Source: Macrostomum lignano
Lineage: Eukaryota
Direction: 5' to 3'
Assembly (NCBI GenBank): GCA_002269645.1
Contig: NIVC01003153.1
Coordinates: 1-64,000, forward strand
Length of the DNA: 64,000 nt
The notes under the pieces are model-generated. The model was not told the DNA's origin, searched no databases, and saw nothing but the letters and a program-made list of their open reading frames with translations. Position numbers and translations under genes: made by a program. Positions 24,480-37,299 of the stretch are shown one piece after another (position 1 is the stretch's first letter; every line of letters begins with the position of its first letter).

Positions 24480-25745
24480 AAACCCCTGTGTCAGATTAAG
24501 TAGATTCCACCCACATTGAGTAGAATTCCCCAACTCAAAAACTACCCCACCACATTGATTAGAAGAATTTCCCCCCACTCAACAACTGAAAAATACCCTC
24601 ACCATTAAGTAGAGAAATTCCCCGAAACAACAACTGGAAAATACCCTCACCATTGAGTAGCAGAGTTCCCCCAAACAACAACTGGAAAATACACACACCA
24701 TTGAGTAGCAGAATTCCCCCAAACAACAACTGGAAAATACACCCACCATTGAGTAGCAGAATTCCCCCAAACAACAACCGGAAAATACACCCACCATTGA
24801 GTAGCAGAATTCCCCCAAACAACAACCGGAAAATACACACACCATTGAGTAGCAGAATTCCCCCAAACAACAACCGGAAAATACACACACCATTGAGTAG
24901 CAGAATTCCCCCAAACAACAACCGGAAAATACACACACCATTGAGTAGCAGAATTCCCCCAAACAACAACCGGAAAATACCCCACCATTGAGTAGCAGAA
25001 TTCCCCCAAACAACAACCGGAAAATACACACACTATTGAGTAGCAGAATTCCCCCAAACAACAACCGGAAAATACACACACCATTGAGTAGCAGAATTCC
25101 CCCAAACAACAACTGGAAATACCCCCACCATTGAGTAGAAGAATTCCCCCAACCCAACAACGGAAAAATACCCCCACCATTGAGTAGAAGAATTCTCCCA
25201 ACCCAACAACTGGAAAATACCCCCACCATTAAGTAGAAGAATTCACCCAAACAACAGCTGGAAAATACCCCCACCATTGAGTAGAAGAATTACCCCAACC
25301 CAACAACTGGAAAATACCCCCACCATTGAGTAGAAGAATTCTCCCAACCCAACAACTGGAAAATACCCCCTGCACCATTGAGTAGAAGAATTCCCTCACT
25401 CAACAACTGGAAAATACCTCTCACATTGAGTAGAAGAATTCCCTCACTCAACAACTGGAAAATACCTACACCATTGAGAGGAAGAATACCCCAACCCAAC
25501 AACTGTAAAGTACCACCACATTGAGTAGAATAATTCCCTCGATCCAACAACTGGAAAATATCCCCATATTGAGTAGAAGAATTCCCCTCCACTCAACAAC
25601 TGGAAAATACCCCCAAACTGAGTAGAAGAATTCCCCTCGACTCAACAACTGGAAAATACCCCCACACTGAGTAGAAGAATTCCCCTCCAATCAACAACTG
25701 GAAAATACCACTCATGTTGAGACAGTTGAGTAGAAGAATTCCCCC
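24480..25745. repeat. ~48-bp minisatellite filling hydrolase intron 1
   Basis: CCATTGAGTAGCAGAATTCCCCCAAACAACAACCGGAAAATACACACA; homogeneous centre, diverged flanks. Confidence 0.95.
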
Positions 25746-25852
25746 CTCCCACTCATGAACCGGAAGATTCTCATAATTTAGTAACTACGAGCTAAAAAGG
25801 TTGAAGAAAAATGCCCCGGTGAAGAAAAATACTACACTAATAGATCCCACAG

Positions 25853-26723
25853 GCAATGACTGGCTGCAGGCCTGGCGGGACCGACTCAACTGGGACGGGC
25901 ATCGGCCCTGGATTGACAGGTGGCTGCGGCATCAAACACCGGACGAATACTGGCGCAGGGGCTCTGTGAGGTTCGGCCTGAACCAGCTGACTGTCCCGGT
26001 GCTGCTCATCGGCGGCTGGCACGATCTGTACTCGGACGCGCTGCTCCGCCTGGCCGACCGCCTGCCCAACACGGCCAGCTGCGCCCTGCTTGGCCCTGGT
26101 CTCACGACTGGCCGGACACGGCGGCCCCGGGCCCGAGCCTTGCCTTCACCGACGAGTGCCTGCGCTGGTGGCGGCTGCACCTGGTCGGAGAGGCCGGCGT
26201 CAGCCAACAGTTGGCGCCGATCTCGCGATTTCGCGTCTTCCAACGACTCGACAACAATGTCAGGAATGCGACGGTGTGGCGCGGCCGCTGGCTGGCTGCC
26301 GACAGCTATCGGGAGCTGCTGGCGCCAGCAGACCGGGCTGCCCAGTTCCGGCTGACTGGAGGTCAGCAACTCGAGTCTGGCTCGGCCGAGCCCGGGCCCG
26401 ACTGCTGGTCTGTCGATTTATCGTCTCGAGTCGAATGCGGTTTCGCCTACTCGGAGTTTCTGTCGTTTGGCGATAAAGACGACGCGCCGGATCAGGCGAT
26501 TAGCAACCGCATGGCAACCGTGTGGCGGGTGGACAGCCTGGGCGAGGATCTGGACCTGTTTGGCAGCGCCGAGGCGTCGCTGAATCTTCAGCTGGTTCAG
26601 GCGAACCCGTCGGCCAATCCAACCGCTTCGCCCACTATCGGTGTCCGGCTGTCCGAACGCGATCCAGACACTGGCCGGGAGACCCTAGTAACCTGGGGAG
26701 TGGCCAATTTGAATCTGATGCAG
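25853..26723 (+). CDS. CocE/NonD hydrolase exon 2 (one base missing at about 26097)
   Basis: Acceptor CCCACAG|GC; WLRHQTPDEYWRRGS and IGGWHDLY motifs. Restoring one T gives GPWSHDWPD (catalytic His motif) and a phase-0 end at ATGCAG|GTAGCT. Confidence 0.85.
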
Positions 26724-26819
26724 GTAGCTGACTGTGATGTATCCACTGCGGAACTACTGATAGTACTTACCACTGATAAAATGCAAGACAACATTCACGT
26801 GGCCAAAAACTGGTTTTTC

Positions 26820-27613
26820 AGAGGAGAGCTGAAGAGAGGAAGAGAAGAGAAGAGAAGAGAGTAAAGGAGAGGAGAGGAGGGAAGAGGAGAAGAGAGAAGA
26901 GAGGAGAGTGGAGGAGAGGAGAGGGGAGGAGAGGGGAGGAGAGGAGAGGAGAGGAGAGGAGAGGGGAGGAGAGGAGAGGAGAGGAGAGGAGAGGAGAGGA
27001 GAGGAGAGGGGAGGAGAGGAAAGAAGAGGAGACGAGAGGAGGGGAGGGGAGAGGAGAAGAGAGGAGATGAGAGGAGAGGAGAGGAGAGGAGAGGAGAGGA
27101 GACGAGAGGGGAGGAGAGGAGAGGAGAGGGGAGAGCAGAGTAGAGGGGGCAGGAGAGGAGAGGAGAGGAGAGGAGAGGAGAGGAGAGGGGAGGAGAGGGG
27201 AGGAGAGGAGAGGAGAGGAGAGAAGAGGAGACGAGAGGAGAGGGGAGGAGAGGAGAGGAGAGGGGAGGAGAGGAAAGAAGAGGAGACGAGAGGAGGGGAG
27301 GGGAGAGGAGAAGAGAGGAGATGAGAGGGGAGGAGAGGAGAGGAGAGGAGAGGAGAGGGGAGGAGAAGGGAGGAGAGGAGAGGAGAGGAGACGAGAGGAG
27401 AGGGGAGGAGAGGAGAGGAGAGGGGAGGAGAGGAAAGAAGAGGAGAGGAGAGGAGAGGGGAAGAGCAGAGTAGAGGGGGCAGGAGAGGAGAGGAGAGGAG
27501 AGGAGAGGAGAGGGGGAGAGCAGAGTAGAGGGGGCAGGAGAGGAGAGGAGAGGAGAGGAGAGGGGGAGAGCAGAGTAGAGGGGGCAGGAGAGGGGAGGAG
27601 AGGAGAGGAGAGG
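26820..27613. repeat. Purine-rich (GAGAG/GAGGG)n tract in hydrolase intron 2
   Basis: Directly visible. Confidence 0.97.
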
Positions 27614-27696
27614 AGCAGATGGTGTAAAGATCCCACAAGCGGTCCAGCTGTGGCAGGCCGCAGCTGCAGCAAACCTTCACCGATCCGCCCTCGCAG

Positions 27697-28036
27697 GACA
27701 CCAACGGATTCGCTACAGACTCGACTCGTCAATTCTCGGCCGGCCGAGTTATTGTCCGGCTTCGAGCCGCCACCCACCGGTTCGCCCGCGGCCGGGGCGT
27801 GGTGCTGGCCCTGTCTTCGGGCCTGTGGCCGCTGGCCTGGCGATGCCCGGGCACCAGCGGCTCGGTGCTGCGAGTTCGCGTGTCAGCAGAGCAGCCGGAG
27901 CCGAACGTTCTGCGTCTGCCACTGCTGAGCGCTGAGGCTGCGGCTGAGGCGGCTCAGCTGGCTAAGAAGGACGAGCTGTTGAGCGCTCCGCCCAGGCTGG
28001 GCCCGGCGCCGCCTCTGCTTCAGCTGAGCAGTCGGG
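27697..28036 (+). CDS. CocE/NonD hydrolase exon 3
   Basis: Acceptor CCCTCGCAG|GAC in phase 0; VRLRAATHRFARGRGVVLALSSGLWPLAW resembles the PepX_C-type C-terminal region; donor G|GTTGGT in phase 1. Confidence 0.8.
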
Positions 28037-28199
28037 GTTGGTTGGCTGACAATTTTTAGTACTGTTAGGCTAAGCATTTGCAATTTCTCTTTATTTAGGC
28101 AAAAAGCTACCGTGTTCCTCACAATAGGTAGAAATGCATAGGTACCACCGGGAAATTCCACCTCATTTAGTAGACGAATTTCTCCCACTCATCAAATAA

Positions 28200-28595
28200 G
28201 ACGATTCCCCATCGAGTAGAAGAATTCCCCTCATCAACTGAGAATTCCTCTCTTTGAGTGAAAGGATTCCCCTCATCAACAGAGAATTCCTCTCTTTGAA
28301 TGAAGGAATTCTCCTCATCAACAGAGAATTCCTCTCTTTGAATTAAGGAATTCCCCTCATCAACAGAATTCCTCTCTTTGAGTGAAGGAATTCCCCTCAT
28401 CAACAGAGAATTCTTCTCTTTGAGTGAAGGAATTCCCCTCATCAACAGAATTCCTCTCTTTGAGTGAAGCAATTCCCCTCATCAACAGAATTCCTCTCTT
28501 TGAGTGAAGGAATTCCCCTCATCAACAGAATTCCTCTCTTTGAGTGAAGGAATTCCCCTCATCAACAGAATTCCTCTCTTTGAGTGAAGGAATCG
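28200..28595. repeat. ~40-bp minisatellite (GAATTCCTCTCTTTGAGTGAAGGAATTCCCCTCATCAACA) in hydrolase intron 3
   Basis: Directly visible. Confidence 0.94.
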
Positions 28596-28997
28596 TTCTT
28601 CATCGATTTAACTGGTAGGATTTTGCCTGCACCTTCTGCTCACGTCGGATAACAAAGAGTTGAACTCCAAGCACGGTATTTCTGGGCCCAGGCTGCTGCG
28701 GTCTACAGCCCAGCCGAGGCAATGGCCATGCCTTTAGGCCCGCAGATGCGGGCGCGAGAAAAGTGAAGCAGCGCCTCCACTGTCTCTCCTTTTATTTTAA
28801 ACATAAGCATACGCGTGGGAACGAAAATTCTTATGCTACATAGAAAAAATGCAAATTGCGCAGCTAGTTTTAGGCGCAGCCGCGCTTCGGAAATACGAGT
28901 ATGGCGGCATTCTATGCAGCTCATAATCGACTTTGAATTTTTTTACTGGTTAGAGACCTTTCTTTGTATTTTTATAACTTTGAAAAAAACCCTTCAT

Positions 28998-29280
<283 letters not shown>

Positions 29281-29355
29281 ATTCCCCTTCATCAGGTGAA
29301 AAAGACGAATTCCCCTTTCTCAAGCCATAAGCCTGATTAACTCGTCAATTTCCAG

Positions 29356-29669
29356 ACGGCAGTTTCGGCTCCGCGGACCCCAACTTTCACCGCTGGCTGG
29401 AGTGGGACCTGGTCACCGAGCGCTGGGTTCACCACCTGGAGTCAGACTATTGCCCCGCGATCGAGCTGCTGCTGCCTGATCAGCACGGGGTCAGGCTCAG
29501 GTGGCACCGGCACTACTGGCATGGCATCGGAGGCGGCGAGGCCCACGACTCCAGCAGCAGTGGAGGTGGCCACCACTTTGTCTCGAGAGCTCGACTGAGA
29601 ATTCTGCTCAATGGCCGAGAGTTCTTCTGTCGGGATTATTCGGACAGAATAGCGAATGCGACCGCTTGA
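29356..29669 (+). CDS. CocE/NonD hydrolase exon 4 (terminal)
   Basis: Acceptor TTTCCAG|AC in phase 1, open to TGA 29667-29669. FVSRARLRILLNGREFFCRDYSDRI resembles the C-terminus of long CocE proteins. Total about 730 aa. Confidence 0.72.
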
Positions 29670-29696
29670 TCGACATCATGACAGGCGCTTGAGTAC

Positions 29697-30480
29697 AGTC
29701 AGACTGGGAATTCCCTGAGATGGACAGGAGAGACTCAGACTGGCAATTCCCTGAGATGGACAGGAGAGACTCAGACTGGCAATTCCCTGAGATGGACAGG
29801 AGAGACTCAGACTGGCAATTCCCTGAGATGGACAGGAGAGACTCAGACTGGCAATTCCCTGAGATGGACAGGAGAGACTCAGACTGGCAATTCCCTGAGA
29901 TGGACAGGAGAGACTCAGACTGGCAATTCCCTGAGATGGACAGGAGAGACTCAGACTGGCAATTCCCTGAGATGGACAGGAGAGACTCAGACTGGCAATT
30001 CCCTGAGATGGACAGGAGAGACTCAGACTGGCAATTCCCTGAGATGGACAGGAGAGACTCAGACTGGCAATTCCCTGAGATGGACAGGAGAGACTCAGTA
30101 AGGAATTTCCTGGGATTGGCTGGGTAGACTCTGTGGGAATTCCTTAAGATTGGCAGAAGAGACTCAGTGGGAATTCTCTGAGATTGGCAGGAGAGATTCA
30201 GTAAGGAATTCCCTGAGATTGGCTGGGTAGACTCTGTGGGAATTCCTTAAGATTGGCAGAAGAGACTCAGTGGGAATTCTCTGAGATTGGCAGGAGAGAT
30301 TCAGTAAGGAATTTCCTGAGATTGGCTGGGTAGACTCTGTGGGAATTCCTTAAGATTGGCAGGAGTGACTCAGTGGGGAATTCCCTGAGATTGGCGGGAG
30401 AGGCTCGGCGGGGAATTCTCTGAGATTGGCAGGAGAGACTCAGAGGGGAATTCCCTCAGATTGGCTGGGGAGACTCAAAG
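29697..30480. repeat. 36-bp minisatellite (CAATTCCCTGAGATGGACAGGAGAGACTCAGACTGG) grading into diverged units
   Basis: About 11 near-identical copies followed by degenerate copies; lies between the convergent 3' ends of the hydrolase and ABCG genes. Confidence 0.96.
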
Positions 30481-30711
30481 TTCTCTGTGCTTGTAAGCTG
30501 GTGGAGGTTTGATACGAGGGTAAATAATCATAAATCTGTAGCAATGTAGCATTTTAGGCAACTTTGAGTCAAAATGTTTGAAATAAATGAAGAATAACGA
30601 AACGTTTTTCGATATAATCTATTGTTGTATTGTTAAAGAATGAACAGAATGAACTTCATGTTTGTTTCCAACGCATTTTGGTTACCATGGCAACCGATGC
30701 TCATTTCCTGG

Positions 30712-32624
30712 TCAGTTCCTAGACTTCTCCCTGGCCCTCAGCCACAGACAGGCAAAGGCCAGCAGCCGCAGGCCGAGAATCAGGGCGCACAGCATGCCCA
30801 GATTGAAGCCCGTTCGCTCCGCGCTAAAGTTCAAACTTTCGATGACGTCACTGCCGGTGCGGAAACACCTGCCGCTGCTGCCGTCCAACGGACAGCTGAT
30901 GTTGGCCACGCGGCTCCACTGGTTCACCACCAGGGTCTCGTAGCCGTAGCTGAACCAGGACAGGTAGCGGAGCCAGTCCAGCCAGACAGGTATGCTGGCC
31001 TGGTTGAGGAAGAATCCGCCCAGGAGCAGGAAGGGCAGGATGGCCGGGTTGGACACGGCCAGGGCGATGTCGATTCGGCCGCTGGCGGTGGCTACAAAGT
31101 AGGCCAGGGAGACGGCCGACTTGCAGATGAGCACAACCACGAGGAGGGCCATCAAGAAGGCCGGCAGGCTGCGCTCCAGCCCGATGGCCCAGTAGATGAC
31201 CACAGTGAAGCTGAACGGAAGCAGCAGGAAGAGCGGCGTCTCTGCCAAATTCTTGCACAGGAAGTAGGCGTCCACCCGGTACATGCCGTTGTGATGCTCT
31301 CGAAAAAAAATCGGCAACTCCAGCGGGAAAGAGTTGAGCACAGTGTAGAAGTTTGAGAAGGTTGTGTTAGTCAGGAATAGGAACAGCGCGCCGTTCAAGT
31401 TCATCACTCCGTTCTGGTCGTAGCGTTGGTCAAAGTAAACGGCGGCCACGATCACCGCCACCACGATGGTCTGCAGGATGCGCACAGCGAAGACGTTCGC
31501 GTCGCGAGCCTGGGCCAGCCAGCAGCGCCACAGCAGCGCCAGCACCTGCCGGCTCCAGGACGCTCGGTAGGGCGACTGGCCCGTCAACTGGCTGGCCACG
31601 CTGGCCACCTGCTGGCTGTCGCAGAAGTCCCGACAGCGGACGGCCTCCAGCACGGCCTCGGCCAGGGCCGATTTTGCGAACGTGACGGCCAGCTGGTCGA
31701 CTCGCTGCCGGCACTCGGCTTCCGAGCCGGCGCGCACAGCCAGCGCGTGCACGAAATGGTCGGCCGGGTTGAAGTTGGCCGGGCACGGGTAGCCGCAGTC
31801 GGCGAAGAATCCGAGCGCGTCCGACGCCGGGCCCAGATAGGCGACCCGGCCCTCGGCCATCAGCATCAGCTGGTCGAACAGGGCGAACGACTCCGAGGAC
31901 GGCTGGTGGATGGTGCACAGAATGGTGCGGCCGTTGGCGGCCAATCGCCGGAGAGTCCGCACGACAGTCTCGGCCATGTAGCTGTCCAGCCCGGAGGTCG
32001 GCTCGTCGCAGAACATCAGTGGCGGATTGGTTAGCAACTCGGACGCGAAGCTGAGGCGCTTCATCTCGCCGCCTGAGATGCCCTTGCGCGTGCCGGGATT
32101 CCCTATGTAGTCTTCGGCGCACTTGACCAGTCCCATCTCGTCCAGCACTTCCTCGACTCTTTGGCGCCGGTCCTGCAGCGACATTTTCGACTCCATGCGT
32201 AGCAGCGCCTGAAACCAGAGGTGCTCCCGAACCTTCAGCGTCCCGATGAACATGTCGTCCTGCTGCACGTAAGCCGACAAAGCTTTGATGCCTTTGTCAA
32301 CGCTAAGGCCGTTCACCTTGACTGAGCCCTGAATGGTCAGGCTGGACTGGTTTCTGGCCGTGAGCACGTTGAGCAGAGTGCTCTTGCCGGCCCCGGACGC
32401 GCCCAGGATGGCCAGCAGGGTGCCAGGCTTGGCCACGCCGGTCACCCCGTGTAGGATCTGCTTCCTGGCGTCCGTCTCGTAGGCCCGGCCGCAGCAGTCG
32501 GTGGCGATGACAGGTGCGAATACGTTGACATTCTCCCAGGCCAGTGTGATGGAGCTGATTGTTTCTACCAGGGTGAGGCTGCGCCTGTACCGGCTCGAGT
32601 CCCGGCTGGGCTGTCTGTCAGTGC
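30712..32624 (-). CDS. w: White-type ABCG half transporter, exon 2
   Basis: Walker A GASGAGKST, ISGGEMKRLSFASELLTNPPLMFCDEPTSGLDS, CTIHQPSSE and a C-terminal multi-TM domain; phase-1 acceptor CTCTTCAG|GC. Confidence 0.93.
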
Positions 32625-33349
32625 CTGAAGAGCGGTGGTTGTGCTGCAAGGGTGACAGTCGGCCGCCTCATTCGGGCTCCGGACCCAACTAGCTTTCCTT
32701 TCTTTTGCCAATGCTTTCTTGTCATTTACTATTTCGAGCGCCTTGCCCATAGACATCTGAATAAAACTATAAATACGAGTAGATAAGCCGGACGCTTTCA
32801 GTTCTAAGACGTCCTTAGTTAACACATCTTTATTGAAAGTTCCGATACTTTTAAGCCCAGTGCAAAAACGGAAGCAGCTCTGCAAACACAAATTTGGTGT
32901 CATTTCCTGACTGTCTGACAGTGAAAGCGACAATGAATATAGAACACGATGGCTTGTCCTTAAAGAAACTAACTGTTGGCTTTAGTCATCATTACCCTTC
33001 AAGGCAGCCTTCTCAACATAAGCCTCAACCTGTAGCACCACTGCGTCCACATGCAGTTGCGCTATAAGCTGAACACTGCCCCCCGCCGTTCACTGCTGCC
33101 ACACCTGCATGACCACATAAAAAGTTACAGCAATTGACATAATTGAATATTACGCAGTTTTATGAAATTTGTTTGCGCAAACTTTCTTATCGGGCGTCCA
33201 TGACTGATATGTAGAAGTTACTAATGGGCACACACTGGAGGACGGGCAGTGCAACTGACAAAAAATAAAAGTTGATAGCCAACTATCTATCATTTCCCTG
33301 TCCCTGTCAGTGTGATATGCGTTGTCAATACCACAGCACAGCTACTGAG

Positions 33350-33905
33350 TATCTGAAAGGCTGGCACAGCAACTGAGGATCTGGGAGGCTGGCACAGCAA
33401 CTGAGGATCTGGGAGGCTGGCCCAGCAACTGAGGATCTGGGAGGCTGGCACAGCAACTGAGGATCTGGGAGGCTGGCTGGCCCAGAAACTGAGGATCTGG
33501 GAGGCTGGCTGGCCTAGAAACTGAGGATCTGGGAGGCTGGCCCAGCAACTGAGGATCTGGGAGGCTGGCACAGCAACTGAGGATCTGGGAGGCTGGCACA
33601 GCAACTGAGGATCTGGGAGGCTGGCTGGCCCAGAAACTGAGGATCTGGGAGGCTGGCTGGCCTAGAAACTGAGGATCTGGGAGGCTGGCACAGAAACTGA
33701 GGATCTGGGAGGCTGGCCCAGCAACTGAGGATCTGGGAGGCTGAATCATCGACTGAGGATCTGAGAGGCTGGCACAGCAACTGAGGATCTGGGAGGCTGG
33801 CACAGCACCTGAGGATCTGGGAGGCTGGCACAGCAACTGAGGATCTGGGAGGCTGGCACAGCAACTGAGGATCTGGGATGCTGGCACAGCAACTGAGGAT
33901 CTGGG
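33350..33905. repeat. 28/32-bp minisatellite (GAGGATCTGGGAGGCTGGCACAGCAACT) in the ABCG intron
   Basis: Directly visible. Confidence 0.96.
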
Positions 33906-33986
33906 AGTTACTGTAGCTCTCATGTTCTCACCCAAATCAGGACCAGCAACTCTGGTAGATCACTCCAGAATCGAACCCCTGCTCAC

Positions 33987-34203
33987 CGTAGGTATTCCCA
34001 TTTCCAAGCGTCATGCCAGCCGCAGCCTTCTGCCTCGGAGTTGGGTACTCCTTCTCGATGAAGGTCTCGTAGCCTGACTGGTCGCTGGCCGCTGCAGCCT
34101 CCACATCCGACGGCATCAACGGCAGCTCCTCCTCCGCCGCTGCCGCTGCTGCTGAGTTGCTTCGGCGGCCGAACCTGCCAGAACTCGACTGTGTTCTCGG
34201 CAT
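33987..34203 (-). CDS. w: White-type ABCG transporter, exon 1
   Basis: ATG at 34203 and donor TACG|GTGAGC (phase 1); the spliced length is 2130 nt, or 709 aa plus stop. Confidence 0.78.
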
Positions 34204-35344
34204 TCCTCTCCTACGCCCTTCGTTTTACTCAATAGTAATAAAGAGGCCTGAGCGCCTGGCTAAATGCTGTGTTGGGCTGATCTGGTTTCAAAGGTAGCCT
34301 TTGCGCTGACCAATTTTCTACAAGCGAACCTCCACGCGGAGGTGAGAGTAAACCCCCGATAAGCGACTGAACTGATAACGAGGGTCGAGCAAGATCGAGA
34401 CAGACAGAGACACGATAGAATTTCGGCACCAACCCCCTGCCACCCATAGCCGTGCCACGTGCTGTCAAAGCTCCTACCGTCAGCCTTTCAAAATCAACGT
34501 GCGCGGTGGTCTGCTTTATTTAAACAAATAAACGTATAGTTTAATTAGCAAGTTGTAAAGATAAGACAATTACGAGCATATCCTATTTATACATTGAATC
34601 AGCTGGACTCTCCGACACCCCATACTGTGCGCTTCTATTGCTACTGACAGTAGCCAGGCTTGTCTGAAAAGCAGAGAAAACTATTTCAATTAGAAATAAA
34701 AAACATTATGGCTTATAATAAAAGTACAGCAAGGAATAGCAAATCCGAACTCGGAACTCGGTGAACTAAAAAATGTGATTTCTTCCAATTCTTCTTATCA
34801 GAGTCGCCGCGCACGTGGGACACCTGTTTACTGGCGGCTGTCAGTCAGATAAAACTTTCTCCTCCTCGAAGTGATGAGCGACTAACTGCGGGCTCGCCAT
34901 CATCTTAATATAAAAAGTGCAAATGCAGCAGCTTTGTATTTGTATTGGTCCGGTGCGCAGTGGAATGCGTCAGGGCGTGAGGGGAATGATGCCAATTCCT
35001 GTCTCTGCTGATTTGCACTTTTTTTGCGCTGAATTCTTACATTTCCCAGCATCCTCTTTCACGGCTAGGCTTTGCTATGATTGCAATTATTTTCAAGACT
35101 TCTCTTCTTGACTTTGAGAACTTTGGTGTTGAAATCTGACACCAGCGCTCACAGCTGACTGTGCCTGCTGTGCCTGTGCGCTTTCAAAAACTTCGATGTT
35201 CAATGATTTGCTCTTAGAGAAACTCCGTCTTTGCCTGCCAGCGGCCCTGTCTGCTTTCATCTGCCCTCCTCGCTCCTCTTTTGCCAGGATTAATCTGACT
35301 TTTCCTTCTCTCTTAATTCCCTCCCTAATATTTGTCTCTATAAT

Positions 35345-35925
35345 CTTACTCCACTTCTCTCCCTCCCTGTCACTCCACTTCTCTCCCTGCCTGTCACTCC
35401 ACTTCTCTCCCTGCCTGTCACTCCACTTCTCTCCCTGCCTGTCACTCCACTTCTCTCCCTCCCTGTCACTCCACTTCTCTCCCTCCCTGTCACTCTACTT
35501 CTCTCCCTGCCTGTCACTCCACTTCTCTCCCTCCCTGTCACTCTACTTCTCTCCCTCCCTGTCACTCTACTTCTCTCCCTCCCTGTCACTCTACTTCTCT
35601 CCCTTCCTGTCAATCTACTTCTATCCCTCCCTGTCACTCTACTTCTCTCAATCCCACTCTACTTCTCTCCCTCCCTGTCACTCAACTTCTCTCAATACCA
35701 CTCTACTTCTCTCCCTCCCTGTCACTCCACTTCTCTCCCTCCCTGTCACTCTACTTCTCTCCCTCCCTGTCACTCTACTTCTCTCCCTCCCTGTCACTCT
35801 ACTTCTCTCCCTCCCTGTCACTCTACTTCTCTCCCTCCCTGTCACTCTACTTCTCTCCCTCCCTGTCACTCTACTTCTCTCCCTCCCTGTCACTCTACTT
35901 CTCTCAATCCCACTCTACTTCTCTC
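35345..35925. repeat. 24-bp pyrimidine-rich minisatellite (CTCCACTTCTCTCCCTCCCTGTCA)
   Basis: Directly visible. Confidence 0.96.
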
Positions 35926-36534
35926 CCTCGGTGCCTCCCCCTCACATCCCAACACCTTTGCGTGACTTACGCCATGTTAACACCTGCTTCCCTGCCACTC
36001 CCAGCTCCCTTCCAGGCCCTATTTAAGCCCCCCATATCCGGCAACTAATGGCTGCGGCCTGACCCAGGTATGCCGCCGGCTAATGCCCCGCGGCCTCAGC
36101 CTCCATCATCAATCAGAGAAGGCTGAAATTTCGGAAGCGCCACACAAAAAAGCTGATCTAATGGTCGGTCTCGCAGAGGTCATTCAATGTCAAACAGAGT
36201 TGACCCCCGGACTGGAAAATTTGCCTGTCTTTTAGCTATAAGATGCCCCGAAGTCGGCTTAAACGGAGACTGCAGAAACATTTTTTGTTTCCCAGTAACT
36301 TCATTTTATTTTCACGGAGTCATGAAGGGGATTATCCAACAGTTTCTTTAAAACTATACAGCCTCCACGGGGTCGCGGAGGTCAAATTTAAAAAGCATTT
36401 TTCCGTCTCGCCCAAACTTCTCGTTTCTTGACCCGACAGCACCAGTTTTAATTGGGTGTTTCCTGGAAATAAGAAAACTTGATGGCAAGGCACCCCTCAT
36501 CTTCATCATCTCTTCATTCATCATCTCTTCATTC

Positions 36535-37260
36535 ATCAGTCTCTCCCTCTCAGTCTCCCTCTCAGTCTCTACCTCTCAGACTGTCCCTCTCAGACTCTCC
36601 CTCTCAGTCTCTCCCTCTCAGTCTCTCCCTTGTCAGTCTCTCCCCTGTCAGTCTCCCCTGTCAGTCTCTCCCTCCCAGTCTCTCCCTGCCAGTCTTTCCC
36701 CTGCCAGTCTCTCCCTCCCAGTCTCTCCCTCCCAGTCTCTCCCTCCCAGTCTCTCCCTCCCAGTCTATCGCTCCCAGTCTCTCCCTCCCAGTCTCTCCCT
36801 CCCAGTCTCTCCCTCCCAGTCTCTCCCTCCCAGTCTCTCCCTCCCAGTCTCTCCCTCCCAGTCTTTCCCTCCCAGTCTTTCCCCTGCCAGTCTCTCCCTC
36901 CCAGTCTCTCCCTCCCAGTCTATCCCTCCCAGTCTCTCCCCTGTCAGTCTTTCCCTCCCAGTCTTTCCCTCCCAGTCTCTCCCTCCCAGTCTTTCCCTCC
37001 CAGTCTCTCCCTCCCAGTCTTCCCCTGCCAGTCTCTCCCTCCCAGTCTCTCCCTCCCAGTCTTTCCCTCCCAGTCTCTCCCTCCCAGTCTTTCCCCTGCC
37101 AGTCTCTCCCTCCCAGTCTCTCCCTCCCAGTCTCTCCCTCCCAGACTCTCCCCTGTCAGTCTTTCCCTCCCAGTCTCTCCCTCCCAGTCTTTCCCTCCCA
37201 GTCTCTCCCTCCCAGTCTCTCCCTCTCTAAGTCTCTCCCTCTCTCAGTCTCTCACTCAGT
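36535..37260. repeat. 14-bp pyrimidine-rich minisatellite (CCCAGTCTCTCCCT)
   Basis: Directly visible. Confidence 0.96.
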
Positions 37261-37299
37261 CCCCCATCTCTGAGACTTTCCCTCGGTCTTTTCTCATTT